Virus record (IMG/VR): IMGVR_UViG_3300037467_001389
Location: 1-43,075 of that record
DNA: 43,075 nt
Strand: one strand, 5' to 3'
From: a virus
Taxonomy: Duplodnaviria > Caudoviricetes
Made by a program: the position numbers and the translations under genes. Numbering within the stretch: position 1 is the stretch's first letter; each line of letters opens with the position of its first letter. Below, in pieces: positions 9,547-19,815 of this stretch. Below the pieces are notes generated by a model. The model did not search any database. It saw only the letters and a list, made by a program, of their open reading frames with translations, and was not told where the DNA came from.

Positions 9547-9583
9547 GCGCGGCGTAGCCGCCATATCAAAGGGGTCACTACTC

Positions 9584-10804
9584 ATGACCGACTATCAATC
9601 CAATTCGAACGGCCGCGTCATTCATGCTGTGCAGGCTGCCCGCGGCACGAAAGCACTGTCCGGAGCCGCGTCCAAGGTGCTGCGAACCGCCGGCGGACCC
9701 GGCATCAAGTTGACCAAGGCGTCGACCGCGTCGGGCGAGGTGCGAAACGACGGCCTCTCGACGCGGGGCCGACACGGGACGCAGAAGACCGCCAGCAGCT
9801 ACAACGCCGAACTGTCGCTCGGGTCCCACGACACCATCATTGAGGCGCTGATGCGAGGCACATGGGACTCGACGGCGCTGACGGCGACGGAAGCCGATAT
9901 GACGTCGGTGACGACGGAGGCAAATGCGATCGTTGCATCTGCCGGTTCGTGGCTGACCAAGGGCTTCCGCGCGGGAGACGTTATCCGTGCCGCGAACCTG
10001 CCGGATGCCGAAAACAACGGGCGCAATATCCGGCTGACGAACGTGACGGCAACCCGGCTCGAGACCGCGGACACGCTGACCGCGAATGCAGTGGCTGATA
10101 CCGCGTTCACCATCACGCGGCCGGGCAAGCGCATCATCAACCCGTCCACCCTGGTGAAGCGGTATTTCACGATCGAGGAATACGAGGGCGATATCGATCA
10201 GTCGACCGTGCTGACGGACTTCGTTTGGGGTACGGCCAAGCTCTCCATGGGCCCGAACGGCATCATCATGATGGACCCGGGCGGCACCGGCACTGGCCGG
10301 ATCGAGGCTCTCGACCCGGCAGCATCGCCATATTTCACCGCACCGGTCACTACGACGGGTGAGCCGATGGCGGTCGTCGATGCGACCATCCGGTTCGGCG
10401 GTGAGGACCTCGTCGAACTGACGTCGTTCGATCTGACGATGGACATCCAGCCGGTTGCCCCTGATGTGTTCGGCTCCGGCGCCATCAAATACGCGCCGGA
10501 CGTCTTCACCGGCGTGCTGCAGGTCAGCATGAACCTGACGATGCTCCGCAAGAGCCTTCAGGTGCTGCAGGACTTCATTGCCGAGACGCCGTATTCGCTC
10601 CACGTTCTGGCCGTCGACAACACTGCAGAGCCGAAGGACTTCCTTTCGATCACGGTCCCGAATTTCACTCTCGGCGGCGCTGACCCCTCCGCGATGTCAA
10701 AGCAGGGCGGCGGCCGGACCCAGACCATCGCCATCCCGGCGGCGCTGGTCGGCACCGACACCGACGAAAACACCATGATCAAGTTCCAGACTACGGCAGC
10801 GTGA
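9584..10804 (+). CDS. Major tail tube protein
   Basis: 406 aa, Thr/Ala-rich, SGEVRNDG..RHG motif; followed by the chaperone pair and tape measure. Confidence 0.85.
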   Translation: MTDYQSNSNGRVIHAVQAARGTKALSGAASKVLRTAGGPGIKLTKASTASGEVRNDGLSTRGRHGTQKTASSYNAELSLGSHDTIIEALMRGTWDSTALTATEADMTSVTTEANAIVASAGSWLTKGFRAGDVIRAANLPDAENNGRNIRLTNVTATRLETADTLTANAVADTAFTITRPGKRIINPSTLVKRYFTIEEYEGDIDQSTVLTDFVWGTAKLSMGPNGIIMMDPGGTGTGRIEALDPAASPYFTAPVTTTGEPMAVVDATIRFGGEDLVELTSFDLTMDIQPVAPDVFGSGAIKYAPDVFTGVLQVSMNLTMLRKSLQVLQDFIAETPYSLHVLAVDNTAEPKDFLSITVPNFTLGGADPSAMSKQGGGRTQTIAIPAALVGTDTDENTMIKFQTTAA

Positions 10805-10810
10805 GGCAAC

Positions 10811-11248
10811 ATGGACGATTTTGATATTGGCGCGCTCGACGCGCTCGACGAAGGTACCTTTAAGGTCCGGCACCCTGTCACCAAGGTGCGCACCACCTGG
10901 GAATGGACCTTCTACGGTCCCGGGCATGCGAAGACGATCGAACTTGCCGACAAGAAGTCGCGTGACGCCTTGCGCGAATTGGCAGAGCAGCGTCAGGCGC
11001 GCGTGAACGGGAAGGAATGGACTGAGGAGCCGCAGTCGGCCGACCAATTGCGTGCGGAGACCATCGCCAGCATCGTCGCACGCACCAAGACGTTCACGCC
11101 GGTCAAGATCAACAGCGAAACGATTGAGTTCTCGATCGAGGCGGCCACGAAGTTGCTCGCCGATCGCCGCAAGTCGTGGCTGTTCAACCAGATCGTTGAA
11201 TATTTGCGAGATGAAGCAAGTTTTATTCAGCCCTCCGCGACGAGCTGA
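10811..11248 (+). CDS. Tail assembly chaperone (gpG-like)
   Basis: GAGG SD; VRHPVT...YGPG motif; ends in a putative slippery site. Confidence 0.8.
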   Translation: MDDFDIGALDALDEGTFKVRHPVTKVRTTWEWTFYGPGHAKTIELADKKSRDALRELAEQRQARVNGKEWTEEPQSADQLRAETIASIVARTKTFTPVKINSETIEFSIEAATKLLADRRKSWLFNQIVEYLRDEASFIQPSATS

Positions 11249-11604
11249 GGGCATTCGCACGGAAGAACTTCGCGCTGAACGCCGTCGATGATTACGGTGT
11301 GACGCTTCGGGAGACGCTGCAGGGGCTCATCAAGCGCACCCGCAAAGAGCCGAGGCGTGCGGAGTACGAGGCGGAACTGCGGTGTCCGCCGTTGCCCGCC
11401 GCGCTTGAATATCTCTGGAGCGTGTTTTGCCGGCTCAGCGCCCGGCGTGGCGGCACCGGGTTTTCGATCAGCCCGATATCGTGGGCAGAGATCGAGGCGT
11501 TCACCCGACTGACAGGTGTCTGTCTGGCGCCGTGGGAAGTGCGGTTGATCGAGGAATTGGACGATCTGTTCAGGGCGTCGTTGCAGAACAAGGATGGCGA
11601 ATAG
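11221..11604 (+). CDS. Tail assembly chaperone gpT-like part, reached by -1 frameshift (in-frame GTG at 11299)
   Basis: -1 frame is open from 11215 to 11604; YLWSVFCRLS.RRG..GF..PISWAEIEAF motif typical of gpT-like proteins. Confidence 0.8.
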   Translation, partial: FYSALRDELRAFARKNFALNAVDDYGVTLRETLQGLIKRTRKEPRRAEYEAELRCPPLPAALEYLWSVFCRLSARRGGTGFSISPISWAEIEAFTRLTGVCLAPWEVRLIEELDDLFRASLQNKDGE

Positions 11605-11607
11605 TTG

Positions 11608-11967
11608 CTATTTCTTGCTGGTGACGCGCTTCGCCGTTGTCGCGGCGCACGCCGCGCTCCGTGTTTGCTCTGGAGCGAATCCGACGCGGAAGTTCGTCAC
11701 GGACTTCGATGATGTAGCCGGGATAACCTGGTACAGCGTATTATAGAGCGTTTTCAACACGGTCCCGCTTGGGGCGCTGATCTCGCAATAGAAGTTCACA
11801 TCGGCAATCGGAAAATCGTTCGAATTTGTGACTGTCATGGACGCCACAAGCATTCCGAACTCGTTGTTGATCTTAAGAACCTTCAATGTCGGTTGTTTCA
11901 TGTCGTCTGCGGCGCTTGCTGCCGATACGATGATGAAAAGGCTGACGATGGCTAGCGCAATCCTCAC
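11608..11967 (-). CDS. Secreted/periplasmic beta-rich protein (antisense moron)
   Basis: GTG start with AGGAGG SD; signal peptide MRIALAIVSLFIIVSAASA; two Cys; lower GC than flanks. Confidence 0.75.
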   Translation of the reverse strand: MRIALAIVSLFIIVSAASAADDMKQPTLKVLKINNEFGMLVASMTVTNSNDFPIADVNFYCEISAPSGTVLKTLYNTLYQVIPATSSKSVTNFRVGFAPEQTRSAACAATTAKRVTSKK

Positions 11968-11992
11968 AATTTCCTCCTGAAAGCGGTTCTTC

Positions 11993-14098
11993 ATGGCCCA
12001 GCAAGTCGTAACAGAACTGGTAATTGACGCCAACACCTCGGGGGCTGACGAATTCTCCGATGCCATGGGCCGGGCGGGAATGTCGGCCCAGCAGACCATC
12101 CTCGCTGTTGCCGGCGTCAGCGTCGCCGTCGTCGGAATCATGGCGGGCCTGCGATCGTTCGTGGACTATGTTGGGGGCATCAACAAGCAACTCATTGATC
12201 TTGATCGCAATGCGATTGCCGCCGGCATGTCGACCCGGGAGTTTCAGCAGACACTTTTCGCCGCGCGGGCTGCGGGTCTGACCGAAAAGGATTTCGTGTC
12301 TGGACTGGATCGCATCGGTCTTGACCTTGTCCAGGCTAGCCGTGGCGCAAGCGAGTTCGGAAAGTTGTTCGAAGCGAACGGGCTTTCCATCCGGGATGTG
12401 AACGGAAAGCTGAAGGACACCAAGACCGCACTGGCTGATATCGCTGGCCTAATGCAAAATGCCACGCCGCAAGTCCAGCAGGGCATCTCGCGAATTGTCG
12501 GGGTTTCGCGCGAGTGGATTCCGTTCCTTCAGGATGGCTCGGCAGAGATCGAGAAGCACAAGCAGCTCGCCGAGCAGCTTGGGCTGATCATCGACGACGC
12601 GACCGTCAAGAAGGCGAAAGAGTTTGACCAGCAATGGCGCATCGCTGTCGCGACATGGGACACTCAGTTCAAGGCGTCGCTTATTGAGCTGCTTCCGCTT
12701 ATGGTGAAGCTGGCGGGCTATGCCGTCACGGTGATTGAGGCCGTCGGAAAGGTGTCCAGCTTCTTTTCGCACACGCTCACGCCGGTCGACCAGATGGGTT
12801 CAAGTGACCTGCAGAAGCGGCTTGAGGATCTGCGGACCGTCCGAGATCTGATGAAAGAGATAGGTCCGGAGCGCGATCAATACACGCAATTTCGCATGAA
12901 TCAGAAGCGTGGCGCGGTCGGCCTCCCCGAGGACACGGGCCTCGCCGGGGTGGACGCGGAAATCGCTCGCGTCGACGCATTGCTGAAAAAGAGGCAGGAG
13001 ATCGACGGACTTCCGAAGGTAACGGTATTCGGAAAGCCGACCGTTCTCCCGCAAATTGGTGGCGATGACACTGACGCGGTTGATCGCGCGATCGATAACC
13101 TGCGAAAGCACACTGAGCGGCAGATCGCCGACGCCAAGGCAATTGGGCAGGGCGCGGCGGCGCAGGCGCAATATCGTGCCGAGGCTGCGTTGACGTCGGC
13201 GGTGATGGCGAACGGCGGCGTTATCACCGCGGAGCAGGCCAAGCAGTATGAGGCGCTCAAACAGCAGGCGATGGCGGCGGCGGAAGCGTTGGCGCGGGCT
13301 CGCGTGATGGCGGATGTCAAGTTCGGGCGAGACACGGCATTCCTGTCGCAGGAAGACGTCTCCATCGCGCAGCAACTTAAGCAAATATACCCCGATGTGG
13401 CTCAGGCGCTTGGCAGCGTCGAAGCGGAGGGCATTCGTTTGAACAACGCGATGCGTGGGCTTTCGTCGTCCATGGAAAGCGGCCTTCTTACGAATCTGGC
13501 CGACATCACGACGGGAACAACGACTGCCTCGAAAGGGATCTCCAATATGTTCAATAGCCTCATTCGCGGCGTCGAGGAGGCGATCATCAAGTTGACGATC
13601 ATCCAGCCGCTGATGCGCTCGCTGCAGCTGGGCTTCTCCTCGCTCGGACTCGGCAGTGTCTTCGGCGGTGGCGCGGTCAGTCTTGGCAATCTCGGCGGCG
13701 CCGCCGGCATTCTGTCGCCGATCCATCATTCCGGCGGCATCGTCGGGGAGGGCACCGAGATGCGCTTTATTCACCCGGCCTATTTCGATAACGCCCCGCG
13801 CTACCACGGCGGCGGGATCGCCGGTCTCGCGCCGGATGAAGTTCCTGCGATCTTGCAGCGCGGCGAGCGCATCACGCCGCGGGGCCAGAGCGCTGGCGGC
13901 GGCGTGTCACTGAACGTCAACGTCATCAACCAGACGGGGGTGCCGGTGAAGACGGAAACTTCTCAGGACCCCAACGGCGATATGACGATCACCCTCAAGA
14001 AGATGGTCGAGCAGATCGGCGTGGAATCGATCGCCAGCGGTGATATGGGCCGGGCGATTACCACCAAGTACGGCGTCAAGCAGTTCGCTGGTCAGTAA
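11993..14098 (+). CDS. Tail tape measure protein
   Basis: 701 aa, Ala-rich helical; C-terminal HSGG..RYHGGG...DEVPAILQRGE motif; follows the chaperones. Confidence 0.93.
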   Translation: MAQQVVTELVIDANTSGADEFSDAMGRAGMSAQQTILAVAGVSVAVVGIMAGLRSFVDYVGGINKQLIDLDRNAIAAGMSTREFQQTLFAARAAGLTEKDFVSGLDRIGLDLVQASRGASEFGKLFEANGLSIRDVNGKLKDTKTALADIAGLMQNATPQVQQGISRIVGVSREWIPFLQDGSAEIEKHKQLAEQLGLIIDDATVKKAKEFDQQWRIAVATWDTQFKASLIELLPLMVKLAGYAVTVIEAVGKVSSFFSHTLTPVDQMGSSDLQKRLEDLRTVRDLMKEIGPERDQYTQFRMNQKRGAVGLPEDTGLAGVDAEIARVDALLKKRQEIDGLPKVTVFGKPTVLPQIGGDDTDAVDRAIDNLRKHTERQIADAKAIGQGAAAQAQYRAEAALTSAVMANGGVITAEQAKQYEALKQQAMAAAEALARARVMADVKFGRDTAFLSQEDVSIAQQLKQIYPDVAQALGSVEAEGIRLNNAMRGLSSSMESGLLTNLADITTGTTTASKGISNMFNSLIRGVEEAIIKLTIIQPLMRSLQLGFSSLGLGSVFGGGAVSLGNLGGAAGILSPIHHSGGIVGEGTEMRFIHPAYFDNAPRYHGGGIAGLAPDEVPAILQRGERITPRGQSAGGGVSLNVNVINQTGVPVKTETSQDPNGDMTITLKKMVEQIGVESIASGDMGRAITTKYGVKQFAGQ

Positions 14099-14472
14099 TG
14101 GCACATCCTGCGTGGCCTGTCGGCGTGCCGTATCAGCCGATGATCGAGGGCTTTCAGCCGATCCAACGCGTCTTGCCGCCGATCGTCACGGAAATGGAGG
14201 GTGGCAACCAGCGACAGCGTCGCCGGCCGGGGGACAATGTCGGCATTGTCGGACAGACCATCATCATGGAGGCGGCACCGTTCGAGACGTTTACCACCTG
14301 GTGGAAGGAAACGCTCAGTCTCGGCACGGCGCGCTTTACGGTGCCGGTTTGGCTTGGAACCGACTACGTGACGAAGACGTGCCAGTTCACGACTGACGGA
14401 CGGCCGCAGGATTCGTTCTTCGTGCCTGGCGTCGTAAAGGTTGCCATGAAGCTCCGCGTTTACGGTGTGTGA
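14098..14472 (+). CDS. Distal tail (Dit/gpM-like) protein
   Basis: WP.., TEMEGG..RQRRR, F..WW..TL..GTARF motifs; directly after the tape measure gene. Confidence 0.75.
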   Translation: MAHPAWPVGVPYQPMIEGFQPIQRVLPPIVTEMEGGNQRQRRRPGDNVGIVGQTIIMEAAPFETFTTWWKETLSLGTARFTVPVWLGTDYVTKTCQFTTDGRPQDSFFVPGVVKVAMKLRVYGV

Positions 14473-14999
14473 TGCCGACACATTCCGAGGCAATGTTGGA
14501 GGCGAACGCGAGCTGCCCGCCCGACGAGATTGAATACTGCGCGCTCGAGCTGGAACATCCGTCGTTCGATCAGCCGGTTTATGTCGTCGCCAACGTGGCT
14601 GACGATATGCAACTCGGCATCGAGGCGGGCAGCGACGTGAACCAGGGCCAGATGGTCAACCACAAAGCCTGCCCATTCAAGACGGAATATCCGGAACAGC
14701 GCGATGGGCAGCCTGCTCAATGCAAAGTTTCGATCGACAGCGTCTCGCGCGATCTGTTGCCGAAGATAAAGGCTGCAATGGCGACCCGGGCTTATGTGCG
14801 GGTGACCTATCGTGAGTATCTCGACAGCGACCTGACCGAGCCGTCCTATGGCCCGGTGCAGTTCACTCTATTCAAGGCGTCGGTGAAGGCGGCCACGATT
14901 ACCGGAACCATCACCGTCGGGAATCTCCAAAACAAGCGTTTCCCGCGCTCGAACTGCAACTACACCACGACGCAATTCCGGAGTCTGTTGCCGGGATGA
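14472..14999 (+). CDS. Minor tail protein (DUF1833/gpL-like hub)
   Basis: EANAS, LELEHPSF, ACPF, VTYREYL motifs; position in tail tip module. Confidence 0.75.
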   Translation: MPTHSEAMLEANASCPPDEIEYCALELEHPSFDQPVYVVANVADDMQLGIEAGSDVNQGQMVNHKACPFKTEYPEQRDGQPAQCKVSIDSVSRDLLPKIKAAMATRAYVRVTYREYLDSDLTEPSYGPVQFTLFKASVKAATITGTITVGNLQNKRFPRSNCNYTTTQFRSLLPG

Positions 15000-15406
15000 T
15001 CCGTTCCGAGTTCCTCGCCGCGTTGATTGGTCAGCCGTGGTCATGGCGCGATGGCAACTGCTGGGACTTTGCGTGCCATATTCAGCGCGAGTTGTTTGGC
15101 CGCGCGTTGCCGGCGGTGTCCGTGCCGTCGGACCTGTCCAAGCGCTGGGTGCTGGAAGCGTTCGACGGCCACCAGGAGCGCGGCAACTGGCGCGAGGTGG
15201 CGGAAGGGCCGGGCGGTCTGGTCGCGGCGCAGGACGGCGCTTTGTGCTTGATGGCTCACCTGCGGATACCGGGTCACATCGGCGTCTGGATGAAGCCGGA
15301 AGGCAAGATCATCCATTGCGATGAACACGCGGGCGTCTGTTTTGAGACGCCGCTTGCGCTCCGTCAGCAAGGCTGGCGGCAACTGAGATTTTTTGAGCCG
15401 AAATAG
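14996..15406 (+). CDS. Tail-associated NlpC/P60 protein
   Basis: LIGQPW..NCWD (catalytic Cys), HIGVW (His), IIHC motifs. Confidence 0.85.
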   Translation: MIRSEFLAALIGQPWSWRDGNCWDFACHIQRELFGRALPAVSVPSDLSKRWVLEAFDGHQERGNWREVAEGPGGLVAAQDGALCLMAHLRIPGHIGVWMKPEGKIIHCDEHAGVCFETPLALRQQGWRQLRFFEPK

Positions 15407-15412
15407 GAGGTC

Positions 15413-15664
15413 ATGATGACCGCAGAATTTACGTCTGGCGTGATCAATCTCGAAGGCCTCAAGCCCGCAAAGATCATTGTCGGGCCTGTTGCGATCCTGC
15501 CTGACGGTTCAATTGAACACACGCCGAACTTCACCACGACCGACGAGGCCGCCATGGCGTTTTGGAGCGCGGTGGATCGACTGGCGCCGACGTTTTTACG
15601 AGTGCGCGAAACGATGCGCGAGGCTAGTGAGTCTCACCCTCATCATCTCGGAGTATCTGCTTAA
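15413..15664 (+). CDS. Hypothetical protein
   Basis: Strong GGAGG SD; 83 aa; 3' end overlaps the antisense gene. Confidence 0.6.
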   Translation: MMTAEFTSGVINLEGLKPAKIIVGPVAILPDGSIEHTPNFTTTDEAAMAFWSAVDRLAPTFLRVRETMREASESHPHHLGVSA

Positions 15665-15890
15665 TCGCCGCATCCATCTTGGCGATGCTGGGCCGCCATT
15701 CAGGGTTGCCGGCGGCGCTTAATCGGAGAATGGCGGTAGAGTGATCCACCCGCGTCTGAATGTCCGAACGGACTTCTGAAATCGGCTTTTCAAGCGTCTC
15801 AGCCAGAATATCGATGATCGCGCGAAATACAGCGGTCATTGCGAGATAACGGCCGACTTGTGCGGGGCTTTCCTGCTGCTGATCGGTCAT
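15624..15890 (-). CDS. Hypothetical helical protein (antisense moron)
   Basis: ATG 15890 with GGGAGGA SD; 88 aa; extended -10 (TGTGTATGCT) upstream. Confidence 0.65.
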   Translation of the reverse strand: MTDQQQESPAQVGRYLAMTAVFRAIIDILAETLEKPISEVRSDIQTRVDHSTAILRLSAAGNPEWRPSIAKMDAAIKQILRDDEGETH

Positions 15891-15921
15891 TCGTTCCTCC
15901 CATAAAAAGCTCAGCATACAC

Positions 15922-18900
15922 ATGCACGCACCTCTACCGAAACTCCCGGCCAAGATGCCGGCAGAGCGCTCCCGCGCGCGCCGTGAGCGTCGTAGTGCGT
16001 CCGAGCGTCGGCCGGTGCTGCACGTCGTTGCACCGGGTCTTGAGGTAACGCAGGCCGTCCCGCGCAAGGGTGAGACGGTCACGGCATTCCTGCGTCGTAC
16101 CGGTTGGGCGACCAAGGATCCACGCTACGGCTGGCAGTTCCGGAAGCGCCTGCCGACGATCCTCGAGGTCAACGGCGAGGCCGTTCTCCGTAAGAACTGG
16201 CGCCGGACCAAGATCGCTGCGGACGACAACGTTCGGTTTGTCTCCTATCCGCGAGGCGGCGGAAAGCAAGGCAAACAAGTTCTTGGTCTGGTGGCCTTGG
16301 TCGCCGTCGCGGCGTTCGCGGCATGGGCTGGCCCGGCAGTTGCTGCGGGGCTTGGCCTGGCCGGCACGACGGCAACAATCGCCGGAGGTCTCGTTACCGG
16401 CGCGATCGGCCTTGGCGGCGCTCTGTTGGTCAATGCGCTCGTGGCACCGAAACAGGGCGCGACGAACGACGGCACGCCGACCGATCAAATCTACACGGCG
16501 TCAGCGCAAGGCAACCGTGCGCGTCTAGGACAGCCGCTTCCGGTCTGGTACGGCCGGAACAAGGATTATCCCGACTTCGCCGCGACACCATGGGGCGAGT
16601 TTCAAGGCAACGATCAATACTTGAATGTCCTGCTGTCGGTGACGATGGGGAGCATGGACTACGAGCAACTGCTGATCAGTGACACGCCATTTTGGAATCC
16701 AACGGATGGCGTGTTGCCTGCCTTTTCGTCGGCTCAGGTCGAGTTCTATGAGCCGAACGCGCCGGTCACGCTGTTTCCGGTCAATGTTACGCAATCCGAC
16801 GAGGTAAACGGGCAGCAACTACCGCACGATTACAGTTGGATCGGACCCTACGTCGTCAATGCGCCAGCGACGACGGCGTATCAGATCGCCGTCGATTATG
16901 TCTTTCCGGCCGGCTGCTACACCACCAATGACGACGGCGAGACGACCGCATTCAGCGTCACCGTCATTGCAGAACGGCAGGCCGTAGACGACGCAGGCGC
17001 TCCGACAGGTTCATGGGAGACGCTCGGAATCGTTACGCGCTCGTATGCGTCCCGTTCGCCGATCCGCGAGACGCTCCTGGTCGGCGTCCCGGAAGGCCGT
17101 TATCAGGTCCGTTTCCGCCGCACCAGCGATGTGCCCGCCGACAACAAAGGCGCTGCCGAAGTCGTTTGGGCGGGCTTGCGGGCCTATCTGCGCGGTGACA
17201 ACACTTTCCCTGTCTCCACCATCGCCATCCGCATCAAGGCGACGGAGACCACTCAGGGCTCTTACAAATTCGGCGTCATCGGCACCCGAAAGCTTCCGGT
17301 GTGGGACGGCTCGACGTTCGTCACGCAAGCGACCCGTAGTCCGGCATGGACGTTGCTCGATATGGCAACCAACGCGCAGTATGGCGCGGAGGTGCAGAGC
17401 GCCAAGGTCGATTTTAATGCAATCGTCAATCACGCGACGGGTTGTGCCTCGCGCGGTGACAGCTTCGATTACGTGTTCAAGTCGGCCGTCGCGGTGCCAG
17501 AGGCATTCGACACGGCGATCACGCCCTCCCGCTCGCGGCATATGTGGCTCGGCGATACGCTATCGCTGGTCCGCGACCAATGGGAAACTGTCCCGACCAT
17601 GATGTTGACGGACCGCGAGATCGTCCGCGACAGCACGTCGTTTGAATACACGATGCTAGGCGAGGAAGACCCCGACGCTGTCATCATCGAATACATCGAT
17701 GAGAACACCTGGTTGCCGGCGACGGTGCAGTATCCGCCGAACACCGAGGTCTTTACAGCGACGCGGCCGGAAACGAAGCGCGTCAACGGCATCGTCAACC
17801 GGAACCACGCCTATCGGGAATGCGCGTTCTACTACCTATGCTCGATCTATCGCCGTGAGGCAGGATCGATTGGGTGCGAGTACGAAGGCCGCGCCATCAC
17901 CATGGGCCAGACACTGAGGCTCCAATCCGAGTTGCCGCAGGATTATGGCTATGCCGGCGCGGTGACGGAGCGCGACGGACTCACGCTGGCGCTCGACCCG
18001 GCCCCGGAATGGGCAGTCGGTGAGCAGCACTACATCCGTTTGCGCCGGCCGAACGGAAAAGAGTTCGGGCCGATCCGCGCTGGCAGGGGCGACAACGACA
18101 ATTTCGCGGTTCTGGACAGTAGCGATCTGGCGACTGTCGAAAGTCAGCAGGGGATCACGCTCGACAACGTGCTACTGCGCGCTGACGGCGGCGAGTACCC
18201 GACATACGCGCTTGGGACGGCGGACAATCAGTCCAAACTGGTGAAGGTGCTTACCGGCCAACCGAACGGCGAGACGTTCACCCTGTCGATTGTGGTCGAC
18301 GACGAGCGGGTCCATGCGACCGATCTCGGCGATCCGCCAATCCTGCCGGTCGGGCAGTTTCCGAAGAACGACAGCGCGCCGCTGATCGTCGGCCTAAATG
18401 CTCGCTTCGGTCAGGGCGTTGCCGAGCCGCAGTTGACCGCGAGCTGGTTTCCGGCTGCGGGCGCGTTCTATTATCGCGCCGAAGTCAGCTACGACAGCGG
18501 CAACTCGTGGATCGAGGTCTATCAGGGCTCCGACACGAAGTTCGAGAAATTTGTGACGCTTGGCGCATTGACGTTGCGGGTGCAAGCGGTCGGACAGTTC
18601 CCGGGCCCATGGTCACAGGTTCCCGTCGAAGCGCCGACGATCGAGATCATGTCCGGCGCGGTCGCGCTTAAATCGTTGCGCGATGAGCTGCTAGACAAAT
18701 GGACGACGTCGTCGGCGAATGTCATCGCGTCGATAAACGCGATCTTGCAGCAGATCGACGAGATGAATACCCTTGCTCGCTTCCAGGAGTGGGCAAAGCA
18801 GGAATCCGTACAGACTAATCTAGTTGTCACCGATGATCGACTGAGCGCCTCGATTTCGGAGACGCGCACTGTCGCGATCGGCGTCGATCAGGCGCTGGCG

Positions 18901-19815
18901 GCTTATAAAATCGTAGTGAATGCCCGCCTCGACGATCCGACAACGGGCCTCAACGCGACGGCATCCGCGACATCTGCGTTATTTACGCAGGTCAATCAGG
19001 CAGGCACCGGTATTGCGCCTGTCCTTGCAGGTCTGAATACGCAATTAAACCAGCCAGTCACCGGCATCGCTGCCCGATTGGACACGGTGACAACGACCTC
19101 AGGAAGTAACAGCGCCTCGATCTCGCAGCTCATGAGCAGCGTCAACGGCAGCAGCGTTACTGCCGGATTGATCGGAACGATTGACGGTGTATCGGGAGGC
19201 CTTATCCTTCAGGGCTTTAAGGTCAATGGCGCCGTTACCTATAACGTCGTCATTAATGGCGGCGTCATCATACCTGGAACGGTGACGGCAGGTATTCTCG
19301 CCGCAGGTGCGGTTCAGACTATCAACCTCGACGCACTGTCGGTGAACACGTCAAAGCTCGCGATCAATAGCGTCGGCATCGATCAAATCATCGCCAACGC
19401 GGTTTCGAACGTAAAGTCGTTCTACAACGGCGGCCCGGTCACCATCACTTTCTCGAATTTTGATAATTACGTCTTTAACGGTGAGAGTGTCGATATTCGG
19501 TCAGGGGTGGCAATCGTCACGATATGCGGCCAATGGATCAGACCTCTTGGCGGTAACAGCATCACTGACGCCAAGGTTGTTCTGCAACTGAGTATCGACG
19601 GAACGAACGTCCGGCGCTTCTATTGGGATTGCGTTATTGAGGGTGGCGCATACCGGCTCTATCAGCCGTTCACCATCAAACATGTGCAGACGGGCCTCTC
19701 GGCAGGAACGCATACTTTCACGCTGCGCAACGTGAAGGGGACCGACGATAGCAATTCAAACGCGTTTGCGGACCTATACTACTGCACGATGCTCGTTGAA
19801 GATTTCAGGAGATGA
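15922..19815 (+). CDS. Tail tip/host specificity protein (gpI+gpJ-like fusion)
   Basis: 1297 aa; GNRARLGQPLPVWYG, SPAW.LLD motifs, FN3-like segment, coiled-coil and variable C-terminal domain. Confidence 0.9.
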   Translation: MHAPLPKLPAKMPAERSRARRERRSASERRPVLHVVAPGLEVTQAVPRKGETVTAFLRRTGWATKDPRYGWQFRKRLPTILEVNGEAVLRKNWRRTKIAADDNVRFVSYPRGGGKQGKQVLGLVALVAVAAFAAWAGPAVAAGLGLAGTTATIAGGLVTGAIGLGGALLVNALVAPKQGATNDGTPTDQIYTASAQGNRARLGQPLPVWYGRNKDYPDFAATPWGEFQGNDQYLNVLLSVTMGSMDYEQLLISDTPFWNPTDGVLPAFSSAQVEFYEPNAPVTLFPVNVTQSDEVNGQQLPHDYSWIGPYVVNAPATTAYQIAVDYVFPAGCYTTNDDGETTAFSVTVIAERQAVDDAGAPTGSWETLGIVTRSYASRSPIRETLLVGVPEGRYQVRFRRTSDVPADNKGAAEVVWAGLRAYLRGDNTFPVSTIAIRIKATETTQGSYKFGVIGTRKLPVWDGSTFVTQATRSPAWTLLDMATNAQYGAEVQSAKVDFNAIVNHATGCASRGDSFDYVFKSAVAVPEAFDTAITPSRSRHMWLGDTLSLVRDQWETVPTMMLTDREIVRDSTSFEYTMLGEEDPDAVIIEYIDENTWLPATVQYPPNTEVFTATRPETKRVNGIVNRNHAYRECAFYYLCSIYRREAGSIGCEYEGRAITMGQTLRLQSELPQDYGYAGAVTERDGLTLALDPAPEWAVGEQHYIRLRRPNGKEFGPIRAGRGDNDNFAVLDSSDLATVESQQGITLDNVLLRADGGEYPTYALGTADNQSKLVKVLTGQPNGETFTLSIVVDDERVHATDLGDPPILPVGQFPKNDSAPLIVGLNARFGQGVAEPQLTASWFPAAGAFYYRAEVSYDSGNSWIEVYQGSDTKFEKFVTLGALTLRVQAVGQFPGPWSQVPVEAPTIEIMSGAVALKSLRDELLDKWTTSSANVIASINAILQQIDEMNTLARFQEWAKQESVQTNLVVTDDRLSASISETRTVAIGVDQALAAYKIVVNARLDDPTTGLNATASATSALFTQVNQAGTGIAPVLAGLNTQLNQPVTGIAARLDTVTTTSGSNSASISQLMSSVNGSSVTAGLIGTIDGVSGGLILQGFKVNGAVTYNVVINGGVIIPGTVTAGILAAGAVQTINLDALSVNTSKLAINSVGIDQIIANAVSNVKSFYNGGPVTITFSNFDNYVFNGESVDIRSGVAIVTICGQWIRPLGGNSITDAKVVLQLSIDGTNVRRFYWDCVIEGGAYRLYQPFTIKHVQTGLSAGTHTFTLRNVKGTDDSNSNAFADLYYCTMLVEDFRR

